From contig CAVNZM010000016.1 of assembly GCA_963693365.1 (NCBI GenBank), positions 5,935,029-5,999,028 of the forward strand: DNA of 64,000 bases, given 5' to 3'. Shown here piece after piece: positions 1-32,668 of this stretch. The notes beneath the pieces are model-generated. The model saw only the letters and a list, made by a program, of their open reading frames with translations. It searched no databases and was not told the origin of the DNA. Numbering within the stretch: the first letter of the stretch is position 1; each line of letters starts with the position of its first letter. The DNA comes from Amoebidium appalachense (Eukaryota; Protista; Ichthyosporea). Both the position numbers and the translations under genes were made by a program.

Positions 1-70
1 TGTGTTTCTGTGCGTGTGTGGCACCTGGAGGGGGGCGGAGGGGGGGGTGGGGGGGAGGGGGTTTACATAC

Positions 71-11572
<11,502 letters not shown>

Positions 11573-11978
11573 AATGCTCAATGTATGGCCTCGTGGACCC
11601 TCAGTCTCTCTCCCTCCCCCGCTCTCGCTCTCTCTCTCTCTGTCTCTCTGTCGCTGCCTCCCTCTCCCTCCCTCCCTCTCCCTCCCTCTCTTTCTCTCTC
11701 TCTCTCTGTGTGTATATACGTGTTGTGTGTGTAGCCCACTTCCCCTCTGCCTCTGAAATCGCTTCCTCGCTTTCGTCTTCTCGGAAGCCCCCGTTCCCGT
11801 CAACAGTTTGTTGCCTTACAGATGTTTGAACTAGATAACACCTCGTGGTTGAACCAGCCTTTTGCTAGTTATGTAGTTACTATGGCGAGCGACAGCTTGC
11901 TTCGCTTGCTGGTTTCAAAGTTCGCCAATGATTGTCGGGCACCTACCACCTACTGAGGCGGTATCTCCTTTTTCCTTT

Positions 11979-12019
<41 letters not shown>

Positions 12020-12029
12020 GCCGCCACAA

Positions 12030-12414
12030 GTAGATGTACACTATATCATCGCACGTGCGGCAACACGTCAGTATGTGTTAGGTCGGGCACATACCTCACA
12101 CGTACTGACGGTGTGCACGCGCTGCGATGAACTTTACGTTCGCTGCAGGCGGGCACACGTACGGTTTTATCGTCACCTAACCAATCGAATCGGCTAGACT
12201 CGGTACAAGATACTGGCAGGCGAATGCGGGGCTCCCGTCTGCTATGTAGATGGGGCCGGTTTCTCATGCCCCTCGCGCAGGTACAATCCAAAACTGTTAT
12301 GAGAAAACGAATGTTGAAGAGTGTGTGTGTTTGTGATCCACGTCATGTGTGTGTGCATGTGCTCATGTGTGTACACGTGTGTGCGTGTGTGTGTTTCTGT
12401 GTGTATCACAGTGT

Positions 12415-12480
<66 letters not shown>

Positions 12481-12624
12481 TGTGTGTGTATGTGTCACGG
12501 TTCCTAGGTCGCGAGAAACTAGGAGGTACGTGTGCGGGGAAAGTCTTTGGGCGTTTGGGACAGGAAGAGAGGGGTGGGGTGGGGGGGGGGGGGGGGACTG
12601 GGAGGGGGGGGGGGAGTAGGCCCT

Positions 12625-12658
<34 letters not shown>

Positions 12659-14011
12659 CTTATACACACCTGTGCACCCAGGGCGACAGCAAACAGGAGC
12701 AGAACGACCTGCCAGGTCCTCGTTCCACCACCAGAACCAGCCTTGCGGGAACCCATATTGTGTATTGTGTGGGCAAATGATCATGATCATCTCAACAACG
12801 CCGTTACGTGGCTACGCGAAGTACTTTTGAAAAGAAGCACAAGTGCTTGGTTTGTTTCAGTACGGTTAATGAGTGCCCCCGTTACGTTTTACTGGGTGGG
12901 TGCCATAGCTGCCCAAAACGCATTGCCGCGCTCGCTGCAAACAGCGCAACGATCTAGACAATTGGTACCGAGATAGGCAAAAAATCTCCAAGCGCATATT
13001 GAGACCCCCAAAGTAGTCAAACTTTGTACCCCAAAAGTTCAAATTACAGTATTTGTCACAGGTATCCGTTCTCCGTTCGTTATCGGGGCTATAAACACCC
13101 ACTTATTTGCCCTTCAAAATCCGTGTCAGCGATTGGGCAAAAGCGTTTTTATCGTTTACTCTCCTCCCATTAGCCAATCAAAAAGCATATATTCGCAACT
13201 ACCGGGTATGTACCGTCGGCCTCGCGTTTCCCCTCACCTCCCCCCCTCCACGTCCGGATCTTTCGAACCCTACTCCTATTTGATCTCGTGGAGTAGAAAG
13301 GAGCCTACCGGCCCCAACCATGATATGCAACCAATCAGTTCGGAAATACGTGTGCCAGCATTTTTGCCTTTCGCTTCCCGCGCGTGCGTTTTGAACCTTG
13401 AGGCAATTTTTAAACAAAATAAACAGCCATTCATCGAAAAGGTCCGAAGCGAAGCAAATTTGAATTGTTTGCATGATTTTAATGCAATCCCTGACAAGGC
13501 ATTGATAACGTCATGCATAACGTCATTAATTCCCGCTCGAATTCAAACCTCTGTACGGCCGTCACAGGTACCGGTACCGGAGTAACCGGACGACTCCGTG
13601 TCTTATGTCTGTCCGTTTGCTCCACCGTCACAAACCGTTGGTCGCAACCTATTATTACAAAGCTGCTTACTATGTGCCTGTGTCTGTAACCTGTTCATAA
13701 CACCGTCAACCTTACGTATACTGTGTGTCATCTTTTTGATCGTTTCATCGTTTTGTGGCCTTTCAGGATTAATTAAAATGGGCTATGGTTTAACTGCACC
13801 AGCGATTATGCGATCTCATCTGAGTCAACCCTGTATTATCATATATTAACCAGAAACCAATAGGTGGGCAGCTTTGAACATCAGCCAATCGCCGGACAGC
13901 ATGATGCAGTCATCGGTGGTGGCTCCGATTTTTCCTTACACTCTCGTGCGACGTTATACATCTCTTAACACGTACTGACGTGTTGCCGCACGTGCGACGT
14001 TATACATCTAC
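12030..14011. mobile_element. Non-autonomous DNA transposon with ~50-bp imperfect TIRs and a possible 3-bp TSD (CAA)
   Basis: Left end gtagatgtacactatatcatcgcacgtgcggcaacacgtcagtatgtgttag (12030-12081) is the imperfect inverse of ttaacacgtactgacgtgttgccgcacgtgcgacgttatacatctac (13965-14011). Both flanks read caa. No transposase ORF was recognised inside. Confidence 0.7.
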
Positions 14012-15187
14012 CAAGTCCGCCACATCTTCGCCACAAAGAACAATGCACGCAGGAGTGGTTTTAGGTTTATAGGATTATTAAAGTAACTGACTGGGATCAC
14101 AGATCGATCGACCAATCAGCTTTAACCAGACCGCATTCCTGCGATGGGACGACAGGCTGAAAAACACCGATGCATCGTTTTCCAGCCTGTCGTCCAGGTT
14201 CCGGACATTCAATATGCGGACTCTGGACGCCTTCCATCACCGGCTGCCAGACCTGGACCTGGCCGTTCGAACAATTCCAGTCGGAGGGGAGGGTGTACAG
14301 TCTTCACCATACAGTCTTCACCATACCGTAGCACGTTCAAGAGGCAGCAGATCAGCGGGCGCCCAGGAAACAGGGTTTGAAATTACATGCTAACGACGAC
14401 ACACGCAGATCGATCACGCAGAAGTTGTGTTTCCGATTGGCCGGAGGGAGCGGCCAATAAAGTGCAATGATCCGACGCACGGTACACTTTGGGCGCGGCG
14501 GCAGGCTGATGCACCGGGGCCCACCCAGGGGCCCCCGTAGGCCCTTATTTGATCATGGGCGGGATGTTACAAATAACATGCCACTTTGGTTCTCTGTTGT
14601 GACATCCATTGTGCCAGAATTCATAGACAAAATACAATTCTAAGATATATATATGTATATACATATTGCATCGATCAGTACTCTAGCTAGCGCGCAGCTA
14701 GTACTGTACACGTGTGTTTGGGAAGTTCACACCATGTACGTGCATCATCATTCCAAAACGTATCATGGTACGGTGCCCGGTACCAGATTCAACATGATAG
14801 AACCTATATAGTGAGAGACTCTCACTGAAAGTCTGACTGTGAGCTAGCTGAGTAAGCAAAACAACGCATTACATACGCCGTCACATTGCCGCGGCCGTAT
14901 TATCAGATTCAAATTGACCCCAGGATTTCACTCAGCTGGGTGAGCTGAGTGCGCAGTAGTCCGGCTGCCGCGAAGGCAGAGAACTCGAAGAGTCTTGCGA
15001 GCTGCGACACGCGTCGTGCAGACCGTCAACTGAACCTGATACGTTGTGCGTGATTCTCGACACAGTTTTCGAATTCGTGCCCTGCGCAGCCAAAGCGCAC
15101 GTTCGTGACATTCGCGATGGCAAAAAAGTGATGATATCGGTAGCCTACCTATAGACACAACAAGCTCTAAATTTCTTTGTCTATATT

Positions 15188-15222
<35 letters not shown>

Positions 15223-16561
15223 CTTTCCATTCAATCGAAAGCTTCCTATGTTCCTGGCCTATCATGTACTCTTCACTTGCGTTTATTTTCGTTTTATCGC
15301 CTGGAATTTATGAACACTTGCACAAACGCAAATTTTACTCGGGGCAGGTTGTGGATACAGGTTGGGCCGCTGTACACTGCACTACTGGAATTAATACAGA
15401 GTGCCCGTGCTAGTACATTTATATGCTAAAATCATCGCAACTCTCCAAAAAAACTTATAAAATGTTGGTGATGAAAATAAACACACAAATCTTTCAACCA
15501 TTCACGAATTCACTGAGTTTGTAATTTTATATCCGCTATGTTGTGATGAGCCAATAGGAGAAGAGACAGGCAGGCTAGCAAATTCCACAAATCTTAGTTC
15601 TGAATATCTCGTTCTATATAACGGCTAATATTTAGTCAAGTTGGAGGCTCACAATACAACTTGTGTGGAAGGCTTTGTTTTGTGCGTCTATATCAGTAGT
15701 GTTGTCACAGATACATACTTCAGGCAATTACAATATTGAATGAGCTCTATATATTTATCAATATCTTCTCCACCAAAACATCGAGGATGAGAGGATGAGA
15801 AGGAAGCCCACACCCGAGTTCCGCCCAAATTCTGGCCATGGAGTGCAGTTATCTCTTTCTTGTAGATATACACGTGATATAAATCGACGTCGAATTTTCC
15901 ATCAACCGCAGGGTGGCGCCACGGCCCTCTGAGGTGGCGCGGGCGCGGGCCCCATTCCAAAACGCTAGGGTATGGGACTCAAACACATTCGACTCACGCA
16001 GTAGATACGTAGATATACCTTTTTCTTGCATAATGCGTTGGGAACTGGTTGCTTACCAGCATATGCAGGCTACTTGTTGCCTTGACACTAAACATCGTTC
16101 TTCCTTCGATGCAAGGCACCTGTACCATATAGGCACCTACCGGCCACTGTTAAAAAAATCCTTAAGAATCTCTCTGTTTGTGCATTGATCGAACAAACAC
16201 TCTGTTATGGTAGAAAAATCTGAATATGTTCATCGGTTAACTTACCATAGTCTGGGTACGTCTGATTATTATTTTACCCAAGCAGAATTATTATGATACC
16301 TATTGGGTGGGCTCGGGAAGCCATGCTCTAAGCCTTTCGCTTGAACATACAATTCAAGTTATTTCATAAGCACCTCTCGTAGGGGCATTGAGGGTTCATG
16401 CATCGACTCTAGCTAGTAGTGCTACATGCAAACGTCATGGGCAGGAAACAAAGTTTGTAATTGGGGGAACGCGTGAACCCGAGTAAACTATTTGTAGGAT
16501 AACATTTTACCTTCAAACTACTCATAAACGTGATTCAGGAAAGTTTAAATTTTGCTCCAGC

Positions 16562-18366
16562 ATGTGTCTCAACTCCACCTCCCCACCTCGTCGAGCTGAC
16601 TGGTCAGAGGAGCAACAACATGCAATCACCCTCGCTATGCAAGTTGTGGCTCCATTTGGGTTTCTCGGCTGCGTTGCAGTTGTAGTGTACTACCTGTCCA
16701 TGCCAAAACACAAAAGGAGCACGCGGCATAGTTTGGTGTTTTTTCTCGCCATAGCTGATATGCCCGTGGGCATAGTTGCTTCTATCGGTGCACGTGCTAC
16801 GTCCATGCCAGCTCTGTGTCAGGTGCAGGTAAGCAGCCCACCTGTTCTGTTTTTGAAAATGTTATCATGATGGGATGTGTTACTGCGAGTTTAGGATAGT
16901 TGGGCCGAGGGTTGAGGTTTGGCTTGGTTGGGTTTTGGGCAGAGTGCACATGGGCGGGTTCAGCCTCTCAGGGTTGACTTGAGAGAGATGGGAGGTAGGC
17001 ACGTGACGAAGGAAGGCAGCGAACGGAGGGATGGCCATTGAACAGTAGGACTCGAAGTCTTAATGAGAGCAGCCGTTTTGGGGGGGATAACTTACGGTTA
17101 GGGGGTTTTGCAGGGTTAGAAGAGTTAGTGCCCTAGGAGCAGGATGGTGCGTGGGTGTGCCGCACTTGTTAATACTTTAATTTGTGTTTTTGTTTTGGCT
17201 TTTTTGGGCTATTGTGGTTGGTTGGTGTGCGTTCCACGCAGTTTGTATGCACATCTACATGGGGACCTGGTCCGAGGAGCCGAAGATATCTCCCTAAACG
17301 TTGCTGTTGAATACATCCCATCTTCAATGATTCTGCTTTACTGAGTAATATGATAGTTGCTCAGCCTGATGCATCCCTTTGTAATATAGTAGTTGAAATG
17401 TACACCCCTGATTAGCCTTGTTAAGACTTGTTGGTCTGCAAAATGTAACACGCTCCCAATGAACATGCAAGCATTCCATAATTGTACTCGTGTTCTCTCT
17501 TGCAGGGTGTCCTGGCACAAACGGCCATCGGTGGTGCAATTTGGTCCGGTGCACTTGCAACACATTTCCTTCTGGGCTGCGCCTTTTTGTGGCCGGATGA
17601 GCGGGCAAGAACCCTCCTTCCAGTATATCACGCCGTAGGTTGGGGTTATCCATTGTTGTCCGGGATAGTCTGCTGGGCGACGGGCCTGCTCGGGCCGTCA
17701 CAACCCTGGTGTTGGATATCCATAGACCATAAGACATACAGATTTGCGCTGTTTTACTTCCCTCTGTGGGCGATTATGATTTATGTTTTCTTCGTCTCGG
17801 CCATACTCACGTACAAGTTGACGAGGACGTATGTTTTGGGCGGTGTGGTCGTCGGCGGGGTGAGCAAGATGGTGATAACACAAATACTGTCGCTGAGTTT
17901 AATTTTCGTGCTCGGGTGGATGCCTGGAACTATCTACCGAATTACGAATGCATTTACGAATAGCCAGAGCCAGTTTTCCCTTGCGATGCTCCAGACGATT
18001 TTGGTGCCGCTGCAGGGGTTTTTGAATTTTCTTGTATATACCCTTCCAATGATTATCCACCAGCACAGACACAAGCAAAATTCCCTGACGGGATATCCCA
18101 TCCTGGCAGATAGATCGACCACATTTGATGTCACCAACAATAATTTCTCAGTGACAGGAAATTTGGCGCATGCGAATCAGTGTAGAGCACAGCTGGATTC
18201 AGATACCGATATGGGGGGATCGATGAAAGTTAAGGTGGTTCCTTCGGCTGCCTCCGGATCGGTGTGTCCCTCAGATAGATATTCGGTAGATATACCGGCA
18301 TTGGGTCGGTCTTTTGTAAAAAACCCCACCATCAAGCAACCTACATACAATTGTGTAACTCATTGA
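16562..18366 (+). CDS. 7TM GPCR of the cAMP-receptor-like (Dictyostelium CAR / GCR1 / Git3-like) class, ~375 aa, 2 exons
   Basis: Exon 1 is 16562-16828 (ends ALCQVQ|gtaagc) and exon 2 is 17506-18366 (tgcag|GVLAQ). There are seven hydrophobic segments and the motifs LVFFLAIAD, CQVQG, YHAVGWGYP, PWCWI, FYFPLW, WMPGTIYR and LVPLQGFLNFLVY. Confidence 0.88.
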
Positions 18367-18657
18367 ATCGTTGAATTCGATACAAAGATAGTTACGTATG
18401 ACATTCTTACATGTTTCATTAGGTTTATTGCATCATCCACATGTATACTATATTAGGTGCCCACGGCCGCAACTTGTTTTCTTATGTACATGTCCGACCT
18501 GAGTAAGGGCGAGCAACACAACCCTAATGTAAATTACATCATTGGATGTATTGTTATTGATTGTAAATTATGACTGGGTGGAGGTGGGATACTGCCTATT
18601 TGGTTGTATGTAGCTAAATAGCTAAATTATGAGACTCCGCCGGGTTACCGTCTCCTT

Positions 18658-18688
<31 letters not shown>

Positions 18689-19844
18689 TACATAACTTAA
18701 GGAGCCTATAATACTTTCGAAAGATACGTAGAAAAAGCAAAAGGGGGTTTGTACGTCTTTTTTGAAAGAATCATATACGTAGCTCGTTTAAATGAATTGC
18801 CGTGATTTATAGGCTAAGCCTTGTTTAGGCAAATTGAATCAGATTGACGTTTGGGGCCTGACCTAAAACCATGTGATATATATGTGCTAAATGTTGTCAC
18901 GTGTTGAATGCCATATATTATAATAGGGGGCCTTGATCTCTTATGTCATTGTCTGAGTGTGTCTTCCTTTTTCTTCTTCTTCTTCTTCCCCTTCCTCTTC
19001 TCGCTGTTCTTCTTTTTCTTTCTTTTTTTTTTTCTTTTCCCCTCCTTTTTTTCTTTTTTTCTTTTCTTTCCATATTTTTTCTTAATTAAAGGCCCTCAAC
19101 TCCTGCCGCATGTCTAAATGATTGCAGGCTCAGCTTGCACAGTGGCGGTATAACACGTGCACTGTGTGCTATTATTTTTCCACCCCACTATTTATGTACC
19201 TTAAAGGTTTCCTTTTAAGTTCACGTATATCAGGATTGCCAGTATGCCCATGGCTAAATATGGGCCTGCAAGTGAAAGTGATCAAGTGATCACTAATAAA
19301 ACAGTAAAACTGAACACTACCACCACGGCCGTGGCAGCCCAGTTGTGAAACTTAAGGTTGTAGATCAAAGAAAGACTTTTTGTTACTCGTTGTCATTTGC
19401 CATTTTCGGCTTAATTAAACCAACCACCACTTCTCCCATCAGTCCCATGCTATTTAGCTTCTGGGCGCTGACCACCTGAAAGCCACATTTTTGAAATGTG
19501 TCTCACCAATGAAGAGACTCAATCAAATGGGTCGCATTGCGGAATTTGATGTCGACATACGACAGGGCCAGCTTCAGACCAGCCTATTTTCACGCCTTTT
19601 TCAGGGTGACCACACGGCGTCTTGGAAATTGTGCACAGAATGACGTCACCAATGTGGCTCGCCGCCCAGCGGCTAAAATGGGAGTAGCAATGGTTGCCTT
19701 AAGGTGGCCACGGTAGGCAACGAATTACAAGCGGCTGTTGGTGGCACGGGGTTTTATTCGTCTGCCAGCAAAACAATATCATGAAGGCTTCGTGACCGGT
19801 ATGATATTGGGCTAACAGGATGAATTTTCATTCGAAATTGTTAG

Positions 19845-19933
<89 letters not shown>

Positions 19934-20116
19934 CTCTACAATTGAAACTTAAATTTACGGTAGATAGCTAGCTAATAATATTAGTCACAACTGCCCAATC
20001 ACTAGGCTACCAGATAATCTAAATCATTCGTGAATGAATATATATCCCGTGGAATACAAACGCTGGAATATCACCGCTAGGAAACAGCTATCTCTTTTTG
20101 GGAAAGCTACCGTTAC

Positions 20117-20264
20117 TACGTACGACCATTATGGACGATGTTGAAGGGCAATATCTCAAATTAATCACAATTTATAGTAACTGTTAATTTGTCACAGTTT
20201 CTACGTACGACCATTATGGAAGATTTTGAAGGGCAATATCTTAAATTAATCACAATTTATAGTT
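20117..20264. repeat. Two-copy direct repeat, ~64 bp core at 84-bp spacing
   Basis: ctacgtacgaccattatgga.gat.ttgaagggcaatatct.aaattaatcacaatttatagt occurs at ~20117 and ~20201. Confidence 0.85.
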
Positions 20265-20486
20265 AATATACCAGCCCAATATTTTTTCTTCTTCTAAGTG
20301 ATCGTGATTACTTTCCCATTGCTTTGCTATCCGGGTATCATCACGCTCACGACCACACACGAATCTTTCGTTAAGTGGATTCATCAAATATGAACCCCAG
20401 AATGAGCAAAGAAATTTGGTAAAGCTATCAATTGATCAGAACGACACACGGATATGTACGCACGTCAAAAACTTAAAAAAAATTAC

Positions 20487-20520
<34 letters not shown>

Positions 20521-20569
20521 CACACAAACACAAACACAACCCACACAACCCCCTCCCCCCCCCCCCCCC

Positions 20570-20608
<39 letters not shown>

Positions 20609-20706
20609 ACACACACCCACACACACCAGCACACGCCCCTCCTCCCCTGAACATTATTGCTGATTAAAAGAAAAAAAGAAGGAAAACAATATTTACCTCA
20701 GATCAC

Positions 20707-28410
<7,704 letters not shown>

Positions 28411-29171
28411 CTTTCGTATCACAAGAATCAACCTTAATTGTCACTTTCGATATATGCACAGCATATTCCGCTGGCCCGTCCAACTTGTTGACCCAGCTTG
28501 CTCATCCGACGTTTCCCCGACGTTTCCAGGGTTTCAGGAGATACAGAGATCTTAGGCCCCAAAAGTTCTTTTTTTGTCTCTTGACTGGGATGTATTGAGC
28601 AGTTGATACGAAGGCAACGTGCAGCCACAGGCTACATGACCACCAGAATAACCAAAATCGAAAAAACCAACCTGACGAAATAAAATAAAACAACAAGGGA
28701 CCAAAGGACACCAGCTGGCAAAGGTACAAGCGCACGTGTATGCGTGGAACTAGTTTGCTCCAACTAGTCAGATGCATCGATGTTGACCAGACCACACTCC
28801 GCAAGAAGACATCATTACTGCTGCTTCCCGACAGGCCCCCCCCCCTTTTTTTTTTTTGACCCAGGGCCAAAAGTCCCGATTACAAAATGTTTTCTTTATT
28901 TCCAATTCCAAAATTCCCAGTAACAATTAGCGAATTTGTTGTTATACTACCTGTGTACAGTGTGTACAGTGTACAGCGTGGGCCTGTAACGAGAATTCTC
29001 TTTATGCGGCTCTAGCTAAGAGCCTAAGTTCCAACTTATTATATATTGATAATTCAAACCTGTTGCTGAAACATTGTATTGTATTTGCTATGAGCACATC
29101 AATAAAGTCATTATAAAAAAAGTATTTGCAAATTTTGCGATCTTCTGATTCAGGAGTGTTGGGGGATCTGT

Positions 29172-29183
29172 TTTGGCGCGAAA
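29172..29183. promoter_or_regulatory. E2F-type site TTTGGCGCGAAA upstream of the NRK gene
   Basis: Exact reverse complement of the classical overlapping E2F element TTTCGCGCCAAA, about 760 bp upstream of the NRK ATG. Function is inferred only. Confidence 0.4.
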
Positions 29184-29549
29184 GTTTCCATGCGTGACGA
29201 GTCACTCAGACTGGGCCCTACGACGCCGCGTCAGAGCTCGCCGCGTGACGGCGAAGTGTCCCCGGTACAGTACTGTCCCTGGTGTAACCCACCCACACAA
29301 GTGCACACAAGCGTACAGTGCGTACAGCCTAGCTGAGCCAGCCTGGCCAACGCCGGCGCCCCTGATCCCAGACCGTCGATGCTGAGCCCAGTCTGGGTCG
29401 AGATACGGAGACACATCTACAACATGCACACGAGGTCTTGCAGATGGGTCACAGGTTGAGACATAACCCGAGAGTCTATAAAGAACACATAGCACACAGA
29501 CCACAACAGAGAACCCACCGAGGACCACAGCCACACATCTAACATAACA

Positions 29550-31161
29550 TGGCGGGTGCAAGGCGCGCACGGGCGCGGGTGCAAGCGGCGGACGCGGGTC
29601 CAACTGGCGCGGGACGTGCGGGTACAGGAGTCGGAACATGGCATAAAAAGCTGCTGGTGTCGCGTTTGTTGCCACTTGCAAGCTAAGACTCCTTGTCAGT
29701 TTAACGTCGTGCAATTTCAACATGTTCTCATTGTCAGTCAATCTCTTCCGGTGAACTGACCGGCTGGGGCCGCGCGGCACCTGCGAGCCAAATCTCCACG
29801 TAATGCGAGGTGTGATGTCTACGGCCAGTTGCCAAACATGAAGTTTACACAGTGATGAATGGGGCCTACCAGCTTGGCGGCCGCATGTACCATTTTCCAA
29901 CCGACATGGGCTTCCCTGGGCCTAACGCCTACAATTCCGTTGCCGCCCTTTATGGTCGGGCCATCTGCAGCAACTGGCCGACAACCCGCGTGCTTTCGGG
30001 GCGTTGTGTCCCATTATGGAGCGCGCTGTTCCATTCGGGATTGGGGCAGTGCATGATGATGCTTGCGCTGGCACTGCTTGCCTTCTGCCCACCCGTTGTG
30101 CAGTTTTCGGAGCAGGCACGTGCACCAATCCATCCTTTACAACTCTGGGACCATTCTGGGCTTTGGTTTTGATGCTGCCCTCAACACAGCCGCCATGACG
30201 CAGATGACGCGTACGGGTCCGCTCTTCATGAGTGCGCGGGACTTCCTACTGCTGGGGTGGCATCTTGCCGCCGTCGCTGAGTCGAGCACGCCCACGAACG
30301 ATGACTCATTTGCCATGTTTGGAAGTGGTGAACTCAACTCCAACGTTAGCAACTTTGCTGATGTTGATGTGCTGACGCATATCTACGTCCCTGCATTAAA
30401 CAGCAGTGAGGTGTTGACTTCGAATTCTACTAGGATTGGGGAAGCAACGGCTTCCGTGTGGGTGTTGCGCGACATTAAGGTCAGCACCGCAGACGTTCGA
30501 GGCATCACGACCGACGTCGAGGTCTCTCCGGACCCAACTGTGGTCAAGTACTTCAACAACTTACCGGCGCACCGGCAACCTCTGCCCCAGGCCTCTTCCA
30601 CCTGATGCCGGCTGTCATTTGTGGGGGGGCATATTCTTCACCGCAGCTTCACCTGTCGCTCTTGCCTGCCACCTTCCTCGCCCCTCCTCTGGAGCCCGTT
30701 GCCGTCCCCGTCTTTCGCGGCTGCTTCAGCCTCGACTCCGCCGGCCCCACAAGTTCCCCGAGCACTGCCCCAACCCCTCTCGTCACTGATCCCGTGGCAC
30801 CTGGAAGGATCCACCAAAAACATATAAGGATCCGGCCGAAGCCTACGTCAGGAGCAGAGCCCACGTCAAGGGAAACATCGGGGAGTTTTGCAAGCATGTG
30901 CTGGAGGGTAGGCCTGACCTCGTGACTAACCACCTTCTTCGAGACGTGGTACACCATCTGGTTGGTAGGCCCGGCGTGGTGGGCGCCAAAGATCTTAAGC
31001 AAACACCAAGTGCAATCAAAAGCCGACAGTACCGAAAAAATGAAAAGCAGATGCTGTCTCGGGTGATGGCCTACTACCAGCAGAAAAGTGGCCCCAGCGA
31101 GGGTGATGTCAAGGTGAAGAAGTGGATGAAGAAGAGAGTGGCGGGACTCCGTGGCTTGTAA
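29550..31161 (+). pseudogene. Fragmented intronless coding-like island of unknown origin
   Basis: GC-richer and free of microsatellites. Protein-like ORF pieces overlap in shifting frames: 29852-30172, 30063-30605, Pro/Ser-rich 30605-30925 and basic 30898-31161. No family was recognised. Confidence 0.35.
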
Positions 31162-31503
31162 AGCCAAGTTGCGCCGGGGCGCCATGATTACACTATCTGT
31201 ACGGATCTAATAATAGTGCCGTGTCCGGCGCCACAAATACTATGTACATGGCATAAGTCTACATTCGGTACTTAAGTGAATCGGTCTCATGGCGGTGTAG
31301 TTTCCATCGTCTTTTTTGTTTGTTTGTTTGTTTGTTTGTTTGTTTTTTCAAGTTGTTTTTGGTTTCAAGTTGGTGGTGATGGTCGTGGTGGTGGTGGTGG
31401 TTGGGGGGGTGTTGCGGTACTGGATGTACCGTGAATCGGCGTACCCCTACGCTGAGTCACGCCAGGTACTCAGTGCCCCCCCCCCCCCCCCCCCCCCCCC
31501 TCC

Positions 31504-31543
<40 letters not shown>

Positions 31544-32426
31544 CAACCACCAACAACAACTGTTACAACAACAGGGGGGGGGGGGGGGGGGGGTTGGAGT
31601 ACACTGGTACTCTCGACTTGCAATGTCTGTTAGAGAAAGTTTCTGAGCAATTGAATAATTGTTTCAACACTCACTCGAGTGCATAAATTGTTTACGATCA
31701 TATTCATATATCATCCCCCGGGTAGTTATACGTTTGAGTCAAAACTGTACCGGTGACGTGCTTCACTAGCAACGTGCTAATGAATGGCATTAATTAATAT
31801 TCCCGGTTCAGATGATGTCATGTCTATATTTGCCACAGAATTCTATTCATAGAATGGTAGTGTGCTTTATTCCCGAGTATTCTCAGAATATGTTAAGTTG
31901 TTTGTAGTAAGTTGTAAGTTTAACTGCAATTGGTGTGTTAAACACGTTTATTTGTGTGCTTTGGTTGCAAGGTAACTAGACACTCAACGTGCCTGGCAGT
32001 TAACTTTTATATTTGTAACGACTTATTTCCATTGTGCTCTCTTTTCGGCCATGCGGTACATGGCCCACCACCAGGGTGCACACGAGGCCACCATGTGGTG
32101 GCCAACGACTATATAAAGCAGTGCCTCCCATGCCACAATGATGGGAAGCAGAACGTTTGATTTACACCTTTCTGTTGTCGTTTTCAGTGCACAAAACACA
32201 TAAACTAGTTACCCATCATATGTACACGACACTACTAGTGTCTGACAAAGTTTACAGTTGCAGCAACTACAGGGGCCACTCAATTTTAAGATAACAGGTA
32301 AATACGGTTAAGGGTCTAACATCTTAAGGTTTCTCGGCCGTAGGGTTCATTATCTTATCTTCCCCCCCCCCCCCCCCCTTGGGTCCTTCCTCTGGGCTGC
32401 GGGAGTTTTTCTTTTTTCCCTGGGGG

Positions 32427-32465
<39 letters not shown>

Positions 32466-32594
32466 CGGGGGTGTTGCAGGAAAATCACGTGTCCAGGAAA
32501 TTCGTACTCCCCCTAAACCCCCGTTCAGGAAAATCACGTAACCCGCCTATATGTTGGATACGTGATTTTCCTGGACCCCCCGCCCCCCGTCCCC

Positions 32595-32668
<74 letters not shown>

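Noticed and set aside
14880-16130. GC-richer patches that might be an ncRNA or gene fragment
   Set aside because: I could not identify a tRNA/snRNA/rRNA motif, a convincing fold, or a protein family.
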